NCBI GenBank assembly: GCA_002291895.1
Contig: DBAX01000009.1
Span: 3,854-27,853 of the forward strand
DNA from: Cyanobacteria bacterium UBA999
GTDB taxonomy: Bacteria; Cyanobacteriota; Cyanobacteriia; Pseudanabaenales; Pseudanabaenaceae
Length of the DNA: 24,000 nt
Direction: 5' to 3'
Below the pieces are notes generated by a model. The model saw only the letters and a list, made by a program, of their open reading frames with translations, made no database searches and was not told the origin of the DNA. Each line of letters begins with the position of its first letter. Position 1 is the first letter of the stretch. The translations under genes were made by a program, and so were the position numbers. Below, piece by piece: positions 1 through 7,987 of this stretch.

Positions 1-2
1 GC

Positions 3-365
3 TTTCGCAATGACCTGTCTTGGCGCTATCGACGGCAGCAATACTTTGGGGAACCCCAAGCCATTTTCGAGAGCCGTTACTCCCTGCTGACCTGCACCGA
101 AAGCGGAATCAGGTCGGTGTCCGTCTACGCCCCCCGCACGGAGGAGCTGCAGTCCCTTCAGGGTATTGCCTTTTGGGTCACCCTGGGGCTAGAGCTTCAG
201 GACGCGATCGCACCCCGGCTTCGGGCCATGCTGGCCTTTGTGGGTCGGGGGCTGGTCTACGTGCTCACCAACGTCGTCGGACGGGGGATCGGGCTCATTG
301 GGCGCGGCATTCTCCAGGGTGTGGGCAGCGCCCTTCAGGATCGCTCCTTTGGGCGATCGCCCTAA
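3..365 (+). CDS. C-terminal fragment of a hypothetical protein (5' end outside window)
   Basis: Frame 3 is open from the window edge to TAA at 363-365. It reads FRNDLSWRYRRQQYFGEPQAIFESRYSLLTCTESG...AFVGRGLVYVLTNVVGRGIGLIGRGILQGVG and looks protein-like. The overlapping frame-2 ORF 20-448 is Arg/Gly/Pro-rich and looks spurious. No family recognised. Confidence 0.4.
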   Translation, partial: FRNDLSWRYRRQQYFGEPQAIFESRYSLLTCTESGIRSVSVYAPRTEELQSLQGIAFWVTLGLELQDAIAPRLRAMLAFVGRGLVYVLTNVVGRGIGLIGRGILQGVGSALQDRSFGRSP

Positions 366-370
366 TTTGT

Positions 371-386
371 AAGTTTCACCATAAAT
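371..386 (+). repeat. Copy 1 of the 16-nt direct repeat AAGTTTCACCATAAAT, part of a ~45-nt imperfect duplication of the pncB 5' region
   Basis: The 16-mer is identical at 371-386 and 498-513. The flanks also align: TAATTTGT/TATAATTATATT upstream and ATTCGGGGTATCTCTTGGCAC/CGAGGGTACTATGGCAC downstream. Confidence 0.8.
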
Positions 387-463
387 ATTCGGGGTATCTC
401 TTGGCACAAGTCCGGTGGAGACTTAGGGCGGGGGATCAAGAATCTTGAAATCCAGATCTACCC

Positions 464-491
464 TTGCCAATTTTTTTTCTGTGCCTATAAT
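464..491 (+). promoter_or_regulatory. Candidate sigma70-type promoter of pncB-nadD-nrtR
   Basis: TTGCCA (464-469), a 16-nt T-rich spacer, then TATAAT (486-491). The predicted TSS is near 498. GAGGG (515-519) lies 4 nt before ATG 524. Confidence 0.45.
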
Positions 492-497
492 TATATT

Positions 498-513
498 AAG
501 TTTCACCATAAAT
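498..513 (+). repeat. Copy 2 of the 16-nt direct repeat, overlapping the predicted pncB TSS/leader; candidate operator
   Basis: AAGTTTCACCATAAAT lies immediately downstream of the TATAAT box and 10 nt upstream of the pncB ATG. Confidence 0.8.
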
Positions 514-523
514 CGAGGGTACT

Positions 524-1840
524 ATGGCACTGACCGCCGATCCCCACCTGGCGATCGCCCCGACGGAACTCCCGTTGCTGACCGATTTGTACCAACTGAC
601 CATGGGGCTGTGCTACCACCGCGAAGGCATCGCCCAGCGTCCTGCCGCCTTTGAGTTATTTGTGCGGCGCCTGCCCCCCAACTTTAGCTACCTGGTGGCC
701 ATGGGGCTAACCCAGGCGATCGCCTACCTAGAACACCTCAGGTTCACCCCGGAGCAGATTGCCGCCCTACAGGAATTACCGATTTTTGCCCAGGCCGATG
801 CTAGTTTTTGGCAACTGCTGGCCGATGCCAAGTTCCAGGGGGATGTGTGGGCAGTGCCCGAAGGTACGGTGTTTTTTGCCCACGAACCCATCCTGCGCAT
901 CGAAGCGCCCCTATGGCAAGCCCAACTGGTGGAAACCTATCTCCTTAATACCATCAACTACCAAACCCTTATCGCGACTAGGGCGGCCCGCATCCGGGAT
1001 GCCGCCGGAGATGGGGCCCTGCTGCTAGAATTCGGTAGCCGCCGCGCCTTTAGCCCCCAAGCGGCTCTGTGGGCGGCGCGGGCCAGCTTGGCTGGGGGGA
1101 TGGATGGCACCTCCAACGTTCTGGCCGCCCTCAAGCTAGGTACCCAACCCCAGGGAACCATGGCCCATGCCCTCGTGATGGCAATGACCGCCCTGTCCGG
1201 CAGTGAAGACCAGGCCTTTGCCGCCTTTCACCGCACCTTTCCCCAGAGTGCGCTGCTGATCGATACCTTCGATGCCCACGCCGCCAGCCAGGATTTGGCT
1301 GATTGGATTGCCCGGGAAGGGGTTTCCCTGCGGGGGGTTCGCCTGGATTCGGGAGATCTGCTCAGCCAGTCCCAACAGGTGCGATCGCGCCTACCCGATG
1401 TCCAGATCATGGTCAGCGGTGACCTTGACGAATACCAAATTCAGCACCTCCGGCAGCAGCAGGCCCCCATCGATGGCTACGGCATTGGCACCAAACTGGT
1501 AACCGGCAGCCCCGTCAATGGCGTCTACAAACTCGTTGACATCGACGGCATACCCGTGGCCAAAAAATCCCCCGGCAAGCACACCTATCCCCACCGCAAA
1601 CAAATTTTTCGCACTGAAGCGGAGTACATCCAGGGCGATCGCCTTGCCCGGATGGGCACACCGCCACGGTTAGGAGAGCAGGAACTGCTGCAACTGATCG
1701 TGCGCCAAGGGCAATCCCTCCTGCCCCAGGTGGCGATCGAGGTGCTGCGCGATCGCACCCGCCGTGCCGTCCTGAAGTTGCCCCCCGCAGTCCGCAGCCT
1801 AGAGCACCCCACCGGTTTTCCCGTCACCCTCGATCTGTAA
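524..1840 (+). CDS. pncB: Nicotinate phosphoribosyltransferase
   Basis: 438 aa. The N-terminus LLTDLYQLTMGLCYH, then GTMAHALVMA and LIDTFD, are typical NAPRTase signatures. ATG at 524 follows an SD-like GAGGG. Confidence 0.92.
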   Translation: MALTADPHLAIAPTELPLLTDLYQLTMGLCYHREGIAQRPAAFELFVRRLPPNFSYLVAMGLTQAIAYLEHLRFTPEQIAALQELPIFAQADASFWQLLADAKFQGDVWAVPEGTVFFAHEPILRIEAPLWQAQLVETYLLNTINYQTLIATRAARIRDAAGDGALLLEFGSRRAFSPQAALWAARASLAGGMDGTSNVLAALKLGTQPQGTMAHALVMAMTALSGSEDQAFAAFHRTFPQSALLIDTFDAHAASQDLADWIAREGVSLRGVRLDSGDLLSQSQQVRSRLPDVQIMVSGDLDEYQIQHLRQQQAPIDGYGIGTKLVTGSPVNGVYKLVDIDGIPVAKKSPGKHTYPHRKQIFRTEAEYIQGDRLARMGTPPRLGEQELLQLIVRQGQSLLPQVAIEVLRDRTRRAVLKLPPAVRSLEHPTGFPVTLDL

Positions 1841-1854
1841 CCCTTCGCTGACCG

Positions 1855-2457
1855 ATGCATTCCTCCCCTTCCCAAATTGCCCTGTTTGGCACCAGCGCCG
1901 ATCCCCCCAGTGTGGGGCATCGCTCCATTCTCCAAGGGCTGTCCCAGCACTACGATCGCTGCCTGGTTTGGGTCGCCAATAATCCCTTCAAACAGCACCA
2001 AGCCACCCTGGCGCAGCGGGAAGCCATGATGGAATTGGTCATCCGCGATATCAACGCCCCCAATATTGAGCTGCACCCCGAGCTGGCCCACAGCCGCAGC
2101 CTGATTACGGTGCAGCGGGCGCGATCGCGCTGGCCCGATGCCTCCTTTACCCTGGTTGTGGGGGCCGACCTTGTGCCCCAACTTCCCACCTGGTACCAGT
2201 CCGCCCAACTGCTGCAACAGGTCACCCTACTGATTGTGCCCCGCCACGGGGTTTCCCTCCAGCCCCAGCATTTTGAGCCCCTGCAAGCCCTTGCGGCCCG
2301 ATGGGCGATCGCCCCCATGGGCGAAGAGATTCCGCCGGTCTCGTCCACCGACTATCGCACCAAGGGAGAGCATTCTGTCATAATACCTACCGTAGCGGAA
2401 TACATCCACCGAGAACGATTGTACGCATGGGATCCGGTAAGTCACAGCACCCCCTAG
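1855..2457 (+). CDS. nadD: Nicotinate-nucleotide adenylyltransferase
   Basis: 200 aa. It has the nucleotidyltransferase (H/T)xGH-type motif in IALFGTSADPPSVGH and the C-terminal VSSTDYR (ISSTxxR-type) motif. It starts 14 nt after the pncB stop. Confidence 0.85.
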   Translation: MHSSPSQIALFGTSADPPSVGHRSILQGLSQHYDRCLVWVANNPFKQHQATLAQREAMMELVIRDINAPNIELHPELAHSRSLITVQRARSRWPDASFTLVVGADLVPQLPTWYQSAQLLQQVTLLIVPRHGVSLQPQHFEPLQALAARWAIAPMGEEIPPVSSTDYRTKGEHSVIIPTVAEYIHRERLYAWDPVSHSTP

Positions 2458-3149
2458 CTAAATTTCGTGTCGGTGTCGATAACGTGATTTTCTCCGTCGA
2501 TACGGAAAAAAACCGCCTTTTGGTGCTCCTGGTGCTCCGCGACACCGAACCCTACCGCGACTACTGGTGCCTGCCCGGCACGCTCGTGCGCCAAGGCGAA
2601 TCCCTGGAAGCCGCTGCCTACCGCATTTTGGCCGAAAAAATCCGCGTCCAAAATCTCTACCTGGAGCAACTGTACACCTTTGGTGACGTGGGGCGGGACC
2701 CCCGCGAAGCCCCTGACCAATACAACGAGCGCTACCTATCGGTGAGCTATTTCGCCCTGGTGCGCTATGCCGATGCCGAACTGATCGCCGACGGGGTCAG
2801 CGGCATTGCCTGGTATCCAGTGCACCAAGTTCCCACCCTCGGCTTTGACCACAACCGCATTTTGACCTACGGACACCACCGCCTGTGCAATAAGTTGGAG
2901 TACAGCCCCGTAGCCTTTGATGTGCTGCCCGAATCCTTCACCCTCAACGACCTTTACCAGTTTTACACCACGGTTTTGGGGGAGCATTTTTCCGATTATT
3001 CCAACTTTCGCACCCGCCTGCTGAAATTGGGTTTTCTCAGCGACACGGGTATTAAGGTTTCCCGGGGAGCCGGTCGCCCCGCCAGCCTCTACCGCTTCGA
3101 TCGCGACGCCTTCGATCCCCACAAGGACAAACCCATGATTTTCATCTAA
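2427..3149 (+). CDS. nrtR: NrtR-family Nudix-related transcriptional regulator of NAD metabolism
   Basis: The N-terminal Nudix fold has a degenerate Nudix box (PGTLVRQGESLEAAAYRILAEKIRV; REUxEE becomes RILAEK). The C-terminal winged-helix part is FTLNDLYQFYTTVLG...NFRTRLLKLGFL...GAGRPASLYRF. ATG 2427 is the only start codon proximal to the Nudix fold. It overlaps the nadD 3' end by 31 nt. Confidence 0.8.
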   Translation: MGSGKSQHPLAKFRVGVDNVIFSVDTEKNRLLVLLVLRDTEPYRDYWCLPGTLVRQGESLEAAAYRILAEKIRVQNLYLEQLYTFGDVGRDPREAPDQYNERYLSVSYFALVRYADAELIADGVSGIAWYPVHQVPTLGFDHNRILTYGHHRLCNKLEYSPVAFDVLPESFTLNDLYQFYTTVLGEHFSDYSNFRTRLLKLGFLSDTGIKVSRGAGRPASLYRFDRDAFDPHKDKPMIFI

Positions 3150-3912
3150 CTTGGGGTGACCCGACGCCGTAGATCTGCTGGAGCATTTTGGCCGCGAGCA
3201 TCGCCGCACCAAAGCCGTTGTCGATATTCACTACGCCCACGCCGCCAGCGCAGGAGTTGAGCATGGCCAGCAGGGCCGCCAACCCCTGGAAATTGGCCCC
3301 ATAGCCCACACTGGTGGGAACGGCAATCACCGGACAGCGCACCAACCCGGCAATAACGCTGACGATCGCCCCTTCCATACCGGCGATCGCCACGATCACC
3401 TGGGCTTGGTCGAGCAACTGGCGGTGCTGCAGGAGGCGATGAATGCCGGCCACACCCACATCCCACAGCTTAGTGACGCTATAGCCGCAGAGTTCGGCGG
3501 TGGTGGCGGCTTCCATGGCAATGGGCAGATCGGCGGTACCGGCGGCAACCATGGTGATGGTGCCCGGTAGGGGCGGCGGTGGTGGTCCCAAATAGGCAAT
3601 CTGGGCCCTGGGATGGTAGTGCACACCCCGCAGGTGGGGCTGGATCTGGGCATAGGTGGCGGCAGTTACTTTGGTGGCGATCGCCGGAATTTCTCGCTCT
3701 GCCAGCCGCTGCATCAATTGGGCAATTTGATCGGCGGTTTTTCCCAGACCGAAGATCACTTCCGGCAGCCCGGTGCGCAGTTGGCGATGGCGATCCAGTT
3801 GGGCAAAGTCCCCCACGGGCTCGGTGTCAAAGTAGCGCAACGCCTCCAGGGCCTGCTCTGGGGAGAGGCTGCCCGATGCCACCTGCTGCAGCAGATCCCT
3901 TAGCCGTTCCAT
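3142..3912 (-). CDS. larB: LarB-type pyridinium-3,5-biscarboxylic acid mononucleotide synthase (PurE/NCAIR-mutase-related, COG1691 type)
   Basis: 256 aa. The N-terminal region is DRHRQLRTGLPEVIFGLGKT. A PurE-like segment follows: ITMVAAGTADLPIAMEAA...VIVAIAGMEGAIVSVIAGLV..PVIAVPTSVGYG. ATG 3912 overlaps the upstream gene's 3' end by 13 nt. Confidence 0.82.
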   Translation of the reverse strand: MERLRDLLQQVASGSLSPEQALEALRYFDTEPVGDFAQLDRHRQLRTGLPEVIFGLGKTADQIAQLMQRLAEREIPAIATKVTAATYAQIQPHLRGVHYHPRAQIAYLGPPPPPLPGTITMVAAGTADLPIAMEAATTAELCGYSVTKLWDVGVAGIHRLLQHRQLLDQAQVIVAIAGMEGAIVSVIAGLVRCPVIAVPTSVGYGANFQGLAALLAMLNSCAGGVGVVNIDNGFGAAMLAAKMLQQIYGVGSPQVR

Positions 3913-5234
3913 GCTGCCATTTTGCCCGGATTCATCAGCCCCAGGGGATCGACGCGGCGCTTAAATTCCAGTTGGGGCAGATCCACGGTTTTCATGCCGC
4001 CAGCTTCTAAAAGATAGGTATGGGGGTTGGCCACCAAAACGCCATGGGCTTCGTAGGTGGCGATGATTTCGTTGAGGCGATCGCCCGTGGTAAAGCGCAC
4101 GAGGGGAATCGCTGCGGGGATCAACGTGCCATTTTGACGGATAAATTCCAGGTGGAGGGGAACTTCCGCACCAAAGCAGGCCGCCAGATGCCGCATCACC
4201 CGAAATTCGGGATCGGCAGGAAACAGGCACTGCAGGTAGGTCCAAGCAGGGTCGGCGGTGCGGGCGTGGAGGGTGGTGTGATTCCAAGAGCACTCGATCA
4301 GACTGCCGCCCTTGCCCGGTGCCGGAGCCTCTTGGTTGAGGAGCACCTGCCCTTGGAACTGGGCGATGAGGTCGATCGCCGCCTCCTGATCGCTGGCTGC
4401 CAGAACGAGCAGCACCACCGCCTGCCCCGGCAGCAGGTGCGATCGCAGGGGCGGCAAAAAGGTGGGAATGGGATCGGCATGGACGCTCATCAGCCGGGTT
4501 TGGATCCCGTCCGTGCTGCCGAGGGTGTGGGCAAATTCTGCGGCCTGCCAAAACGTCGGGAAGCACACCGCCCACTCCAGCCAGGGCAACGCCGGAGCTA
4601 GGGGCAACTCCACCTCCAAAATGATGCCGTTGGTGCCGTAGGCATGGACAACTTGCTGCACGGCATCATGTCCCCGCAGTTCTAGCACCCGGGGCTCGTC
4701 TTCGAGGGTGAGCACCTTAACCGCATGGAGGTTGCCGCGATCGCGCAGTTGGCCGTAGCGCACCGAGCCGATGCCGCCACTGCCTCCGGCAATGAATCCA
4801 CCCACCGTAGCACTACGCACCGTTGAGGGCACCATCCGCAGCTCCCAGCCCATGGGGCGCGACTGCCGTTCCAGTTCCGCCAGTTTTACCCCCGCCTGCA
4901 CCCGGGCCGCGCCATCGTGGAGCCAGACGATCTCGTCGTAGCCCGACAGATCCACCACAATGCCGCCCCGGAGGGGAATGCACTGCCCGTAATTACCGGT
5001 GCCGCTGCCCCGCACGGTTAAAGGGGTTTGGGTTTGGCGGGCGATCGCCGCAATGGCATAGAGTTGGGATTCGGTGGTGGGACGCACCACCACATCGGCC
5101 CGTTTGGAGCGCAGTTGGGGTTCGAGGATGGGGCTAAAGTGGAAGTAATCGAGGGATAGCTTGGCCACTTGGGCGGGGGCAACGATCACTTCTAGGTCGG
5201 GAACGAGCTGCAAAAGCTGGGGAATATCAGGCAT
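3900..5234 (-). CDS. FAD-binding (FAD_binding_4 / GlcD-like) oxidoreductase
   Basis: VVRPTTESQLYAIAAIARQTQTPLTVRGSGTGNYG...GGIVVDLS...ATVGGFIAGGSGGIGS is typical of FAD-linked oxidases. The start is ambiguous. ATG 5234 gives an ATGCCTGA start/stop overlap with the upstream gene. ATG 5264 and the far upstream 5381 are alternatives. Confidence 0.8.
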   Translation of the reverse strand: MPDIPQLLQLVPDLEVIVAPAQVAKLSLDYFHFSPILEPQLRSKRADVVVRPTTESQLYAIAAIARQTQTPLTVRGSGTGNYGQCIPLRGGIVVDLSGYDEIVWLHDGAARVQAGVKLAELERQSRPMGWELRMVPSTVRSATVGGFIAGGSGGIGSVRYGQLRDRGNLHAVKVLTLEDEPRVLELRGHDAVQQVVHAYGTNGIILEVELPLAPALPWLEWAVCFPTFWQAAEFAHTLGSTDGIQTRLMSVHADPIPTFLPPLRSHLLPGQAVVLLVLAASDQEAAIDLIAQFQGQVLLNQEAPAPGKGGSLIECSWNHTTLHARTADPAWTYLQCLFPADPEFRVMRHLAACFGAEVPLHLEFIRQNGTLIPAAIPLVRFTTGDRLNEIIATYEAHGVLVANPHTYLLEAGGMKTVDLPQLEFKRRVDPLGLMNPGKMAAWNG

Positions 5235-6141
5235 CGCGGGTGTCGCCACTCTTTTCTCCGTCATGGTAAGCCGCAAACAGCACCGAGGTGGTTTTACCCC
5301 ATGCGATCGCCCCGTCGGCCGCCACGCCGATCGCGCCAAAATCCCGTCGCCGGGCCACACCTTCGGCCATGGAGCGCTCAACGGCCTCCCGAAGCGTCAT
5401 GCCATCGGTGACCCGCACCACAATCCGGGTGGCCAAGCCCTCATCGAGGATGTCTTCTCCTACCCCGGTGCAGCTAATGGCCGCCTGGGCATTGGCATAG
5501 GTGCCGGCGGGCGTGGCCGAGTCGCTGACGCGCCCGATGCGCTCAAACCCGCGCCCCCCCGTAGACGTACCCACGCAGAGCCGTCCCTGCCGATCCAGGG
5601 CCACCGCTCCGATCGTCCCCATGGTCACTTCCGCCATCCGTTTGGTGGTGCCCTGACGGCGATCGCCCAGCCATTCCTGCAACCGCGCCTCAGTAAGCGG
5701 GTCATACACCGGCAACCCCAGTTCCCGGGCCAGTTCGGCCGCCCCCCGATCCGACAGCACCCGATCCGGTTGCCCCTGCAGGGCCCGGGCCATGAGGATG
5801 GGGTTTTGCACCCGCGCCACATTGATCACGCCGCTAAAACATTGGTGCTCCCCCTCCATCAGCGCCGCACTCATGCGGATTTGCCCATCGGATTGCAGCA
5901 CCGAACCCGTCCCCGCGTTGAAACAGGGCTCGTCCTCCAGCAGGGTGCAGGCCCGGACTGCGGCCGCCGCCGCCGACTCCCCGGACTCCAGCAGGGCATA
6001 GACCGCCGTCACGATGCGGTGGAGCGCCTGCCAAGCTTCGGTGCCTTTGCTGTCGGGGGTGCTGCCCGCCCCACCGTGGATGATCAGTTTGGGAACTGCG
6101 ATCGCCGTCAAGGATGCCACCTCGCGCAAGGATAAACCCAC
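5227..6141 (-). CDS. Isoaspartyl peptidase / L-asparaginase (Ntn-hydrolase, asparaginase-2 family)
   Basis: 304 aa. It has LIIHGGAGS near the N-terminus, the autoprocessing site GTIGAVALD, and GTSTGG. The start codon at 6141 is GTG. Confidence 0.9.
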   Translation of the reverse strand: MGLSLREVASLTAIAVPKLIIHGGAGSTPDSKGTEAWQALHRIVTAVYALLESGESAAAAAVRACTLLEDEPCFNAGTGSVLQSDGQIRMSAALMEGEHQCFSGVINVARVQNPILMARALQGQPDRVLSDRGAAELARELGLPVYDPLTEARLQEWLGDRRQGTTKRMAEVTMGTIGAVALDRQGRLCVGTSTGGRGFERIGRVSDSATPAGTYANAQAAISCTGVGEDILDEGLATRIVVRVTDGMTLREAVERSMAEGVARRRDFGAIGVAADGAIAWGKTTSVLFAAYHDGEKSGDTRDA

Positions 6142-6344
6142 TATACCGCCGAATGACGCCCCAGCGGCAGGGATGAACTCCTGCCCGGAACTCCCGAAGG
6201 GCTAGCAAGGATAAGCAAAAGCCGTTCTGGAAGCACATATTGATAAGCCGGAATTATAGAACGCCACCCCGGAATCGCTCCCCCCTGCCCGGTAGCGGTT
6301 CCAGCGGGCGGTACAATGAATGCGACGCGGTGTTGGGTAAATCC

Positions 6345-7115
6345 ATGGCAAATTTTGTCAGTTGGTTGGTGGGGGCGGCGTTGTTTTTTTTGGCCGCCTA
6401 CGGCCTGTTGGGGTGGCTGGGGGTACCCGGAGGGGACTTCACCCTGTGGCTGGCGATCGCCGGGATTTTTATCTGGTTGGTCATTATCACCACGGTGCCC
6501 TGGAACCTGCACTTTGGGGCCCGGGAAGTTCTCTCAGAGGCGGACGTATCCCGGGAGCGGGGCATTCCCATCGAGGGCAGCAAGCTCAACTATGCCCGGA
6601 TGCTGGCCCGGCGATCATTGGTGGTGGCGATCGCCCTCCATGGGATCACGGCCCTTGCCCTCTACGTCTGGGCGGTGCAGGGCATTGGGGCGATCGGCTA
6701 TACCGGGGCGGTGGCGGCTTTGCTGCTGACGGTGCTGCGTCCCACGATCCGCTTCTACGAATTTTTGCTGCAACGCCTGGCCCAGTTGCGCCAAGGGGTG
6801 ACCTTTCCCCGGGAGGATGTGGTCACCCTGCGGGAAAATGTCCGGGATGTGATCGACCGGTTGCTGGCCCTAGAATCCCAGTTTGCCGAAGATAATCCCC
6901 AGGGGTTCGTGCTGCGGCAGCGGCAATTTCAGGAACAGGTACTGCGGGATTTGGCGACCCTGCGGGTAGGTCAGAGCACCCTCGAAGCCCAGCAGCAGGT
7001 CGATCTGCAGCGGCTGCGCCAGGAGTCCCAAACGGCGATCGCCCAACTGAGCGAGGACAGCCGCTTTTTGGGGCAGGTGCGGGAGCTGATCCGCTTCTTT
7101 AAGTCCGCCGAATAG
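6345..7115 (+). CDS. Hypothetical membrane protein with C-terminal coiled-coil
   Basis: From ATG 6345 the protein reads MANFVSWLVGAALFFLAAYGLLGW...LAIAGIFIWLVIITTVPW (hydrophobic helices). Two more helices follow, then a Q/L/R-rich heptad-like tail. The 35 codons upstream (from 6240) look non-coding. No family recognised. Confidence 0.55.
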   Translation: MANFVSWLVGAALFFLAAYGLLGWLGVPGGDFTLWLAIAGIFIWLVIITTVPWNLHFGAREVLSEADVSRERGIPIEGSKLNYARMLARRSLVVAIALHGITALALYVWAVQGIGAIGYTGAVAALLLTVLRPTIRFYEFLLQRLAQLRQGVTFPREDVVTLRENVRDVIDRLLALESQFAEDNPQGFVLRQRQFQEQVLRDLATLRVGQSTLEAQQQVDLQRLRQESQTAIAQLSEDSRFLGQVRELIRFFKSAE

Positions 7116-7221
7116 CTCCGTGGCATAGATGCCCAGAAGATCAAGTGCGCTGGAGACGCCAGACCACCCCAGGTTCATGGCATGATCGTTGGCACCCACT
7201 GGCCCTTTTCCCAACAAATCC

Positions 7222-7944
7222 ATGTTGCTACACCTCTCGACTTGGCCGGAAGTTGAAGCCTACCTCGGGCGAACGCGCGGCATCATTGTCCCCATGGGCT
7301 CCACGGAGCAGCACGGCCCCTCGGGGCTGATCGGCACCGATTTTATCTGTGCCGAAATCATTGCCCGGGGCATCGGTCAGGAGCGGGATGCCCTGATTGC
7401 CTCCACCCTGACCGTGGGGATGGCCGAGCACCACCTGGCCTTTCCTGGCACCATCAGCCTGCGACCCGCCACCCTGATGGCCGTGATTAAGGACTACGTC
7501 CACTCCCTGGCCCGCCACGGCTTCGAGCGGTTCTTTTTTGTCAACGGGCACGGCGGCAACATTGCCATTGGGCGGACAGCCTTTGCCGAAATCTATACCG
7601 AATTGCCCCAGGTGCGGTGCCGGCTGGCCAACTGGTGGATGAGCCATGCGGTGCAGAAATTGGTGCAGGAATTCTACGGCGATCGCGAAGGGTTGCACGC
7701 CACCCCCAGCGAGGTGGCCGTAACCATGTATGCCTACCCCCAAAGCATCAAAACCGTTGCCCTCGATCCGATCGTGCGGACGGATGGTCACATTTACAGT
7801 GCCGCCGATTTTCGCCAGCGCTATCCCGATGGGCGCATGGGTTCCGATCCTTCCCTAGCAACCATCGAGCAGGGGCAGGTGCTCTACGAAACCGCAGTGC
7901 GGGAGCTGGCGCGGCAGTATGACGATTTTCTGCGGGAAGATTGA
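7222..7944 (+). CDS. Creatininase-family amidohydrolase
   Basis: MLLHLSTWPEVEAYL...IIVPMGSTEQHGPSGLIGTD...FFFVNGHGGN are typical creatininase-family motifs. ATG 7222 is preferred over ATG 7189. Confidence 0.85.
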   Translation: MLLHLSTWPEVEAYLGRTRGIIVPMGSTEQHGPSGLIGTDFICAEIIARGIGQERDALIASTLTVGMAEHHLAFPGTISLRPATLMAVIKDYVHSLARHGFERFFFVNGHGGNIAIGRTAFAEIYTELPQVRCRLANWWMSHAVQKLVQEFYGDREGLHATPSEVAVTMYAYPQSIKTVALDPIVRTDGHIYSAADFRQRYPDGRMGSDPSLATIEQGQVLYETAVRELARQYDDFLRED

Positions 7945-7987
7945 CCCATCGGGCGTAGGATAAAGAAAACTACGCATTGGCACACCT

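Noticed and set aside
20-448. A 142-aa frame-2 ORF at the left edge
   Set aside because: The sequence is low-complexity and R/G/P/A/H-rich. Frame 3, open to the window edge and ending at 365, is more protein-like. The tail of the frame-2 ORF (401-448) is noted only as a mini-ORF within the duplicated pncB leader.
2301-2426. N-terminal extensions of several ORF-track ORFs: nrtR from 2301, FAD oxidase from 5381, membrane protein from 6240, creatininase from 7189, ORF1 from 12191, RNase II-like from 16394, porin from 16812, permease from 20616
   Set aside because: The extended parts overlap the upstream genes heavily, look compositionally non-coding, or precede the point where family-typical N-termini begin. 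Internal ATGs were chosen instead, and exact starts remain uncertain by up to about 30 nt.
5161-6135. A 324-aa plus-strand ORF antisense to the isoaspartyl peptidase gene
   Set aside because: Its Arg/Gly/Pro/His-rich translation is typical of spurious frames in high-GC DNA. The minus-strand frame has unambiguous Ntn-hydrolase motifs. The same reasoning applies to 1585-2217(-), 3961-4575(-), 4020-4601(+), 7228-7791(-), 9829-10299(-), 19832-20359(-) and 20442-20861(-).
7953-7975. A hairpin GCGTAG-N11-CTACGC after the creatininase gene as a possible terminator
   Set aside because: The stem is only 6 bp with an 11-nt loop and no downstream T-tract, and it lies 12 nt before the ClC start codon. 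This is insufficient for a terminator call.
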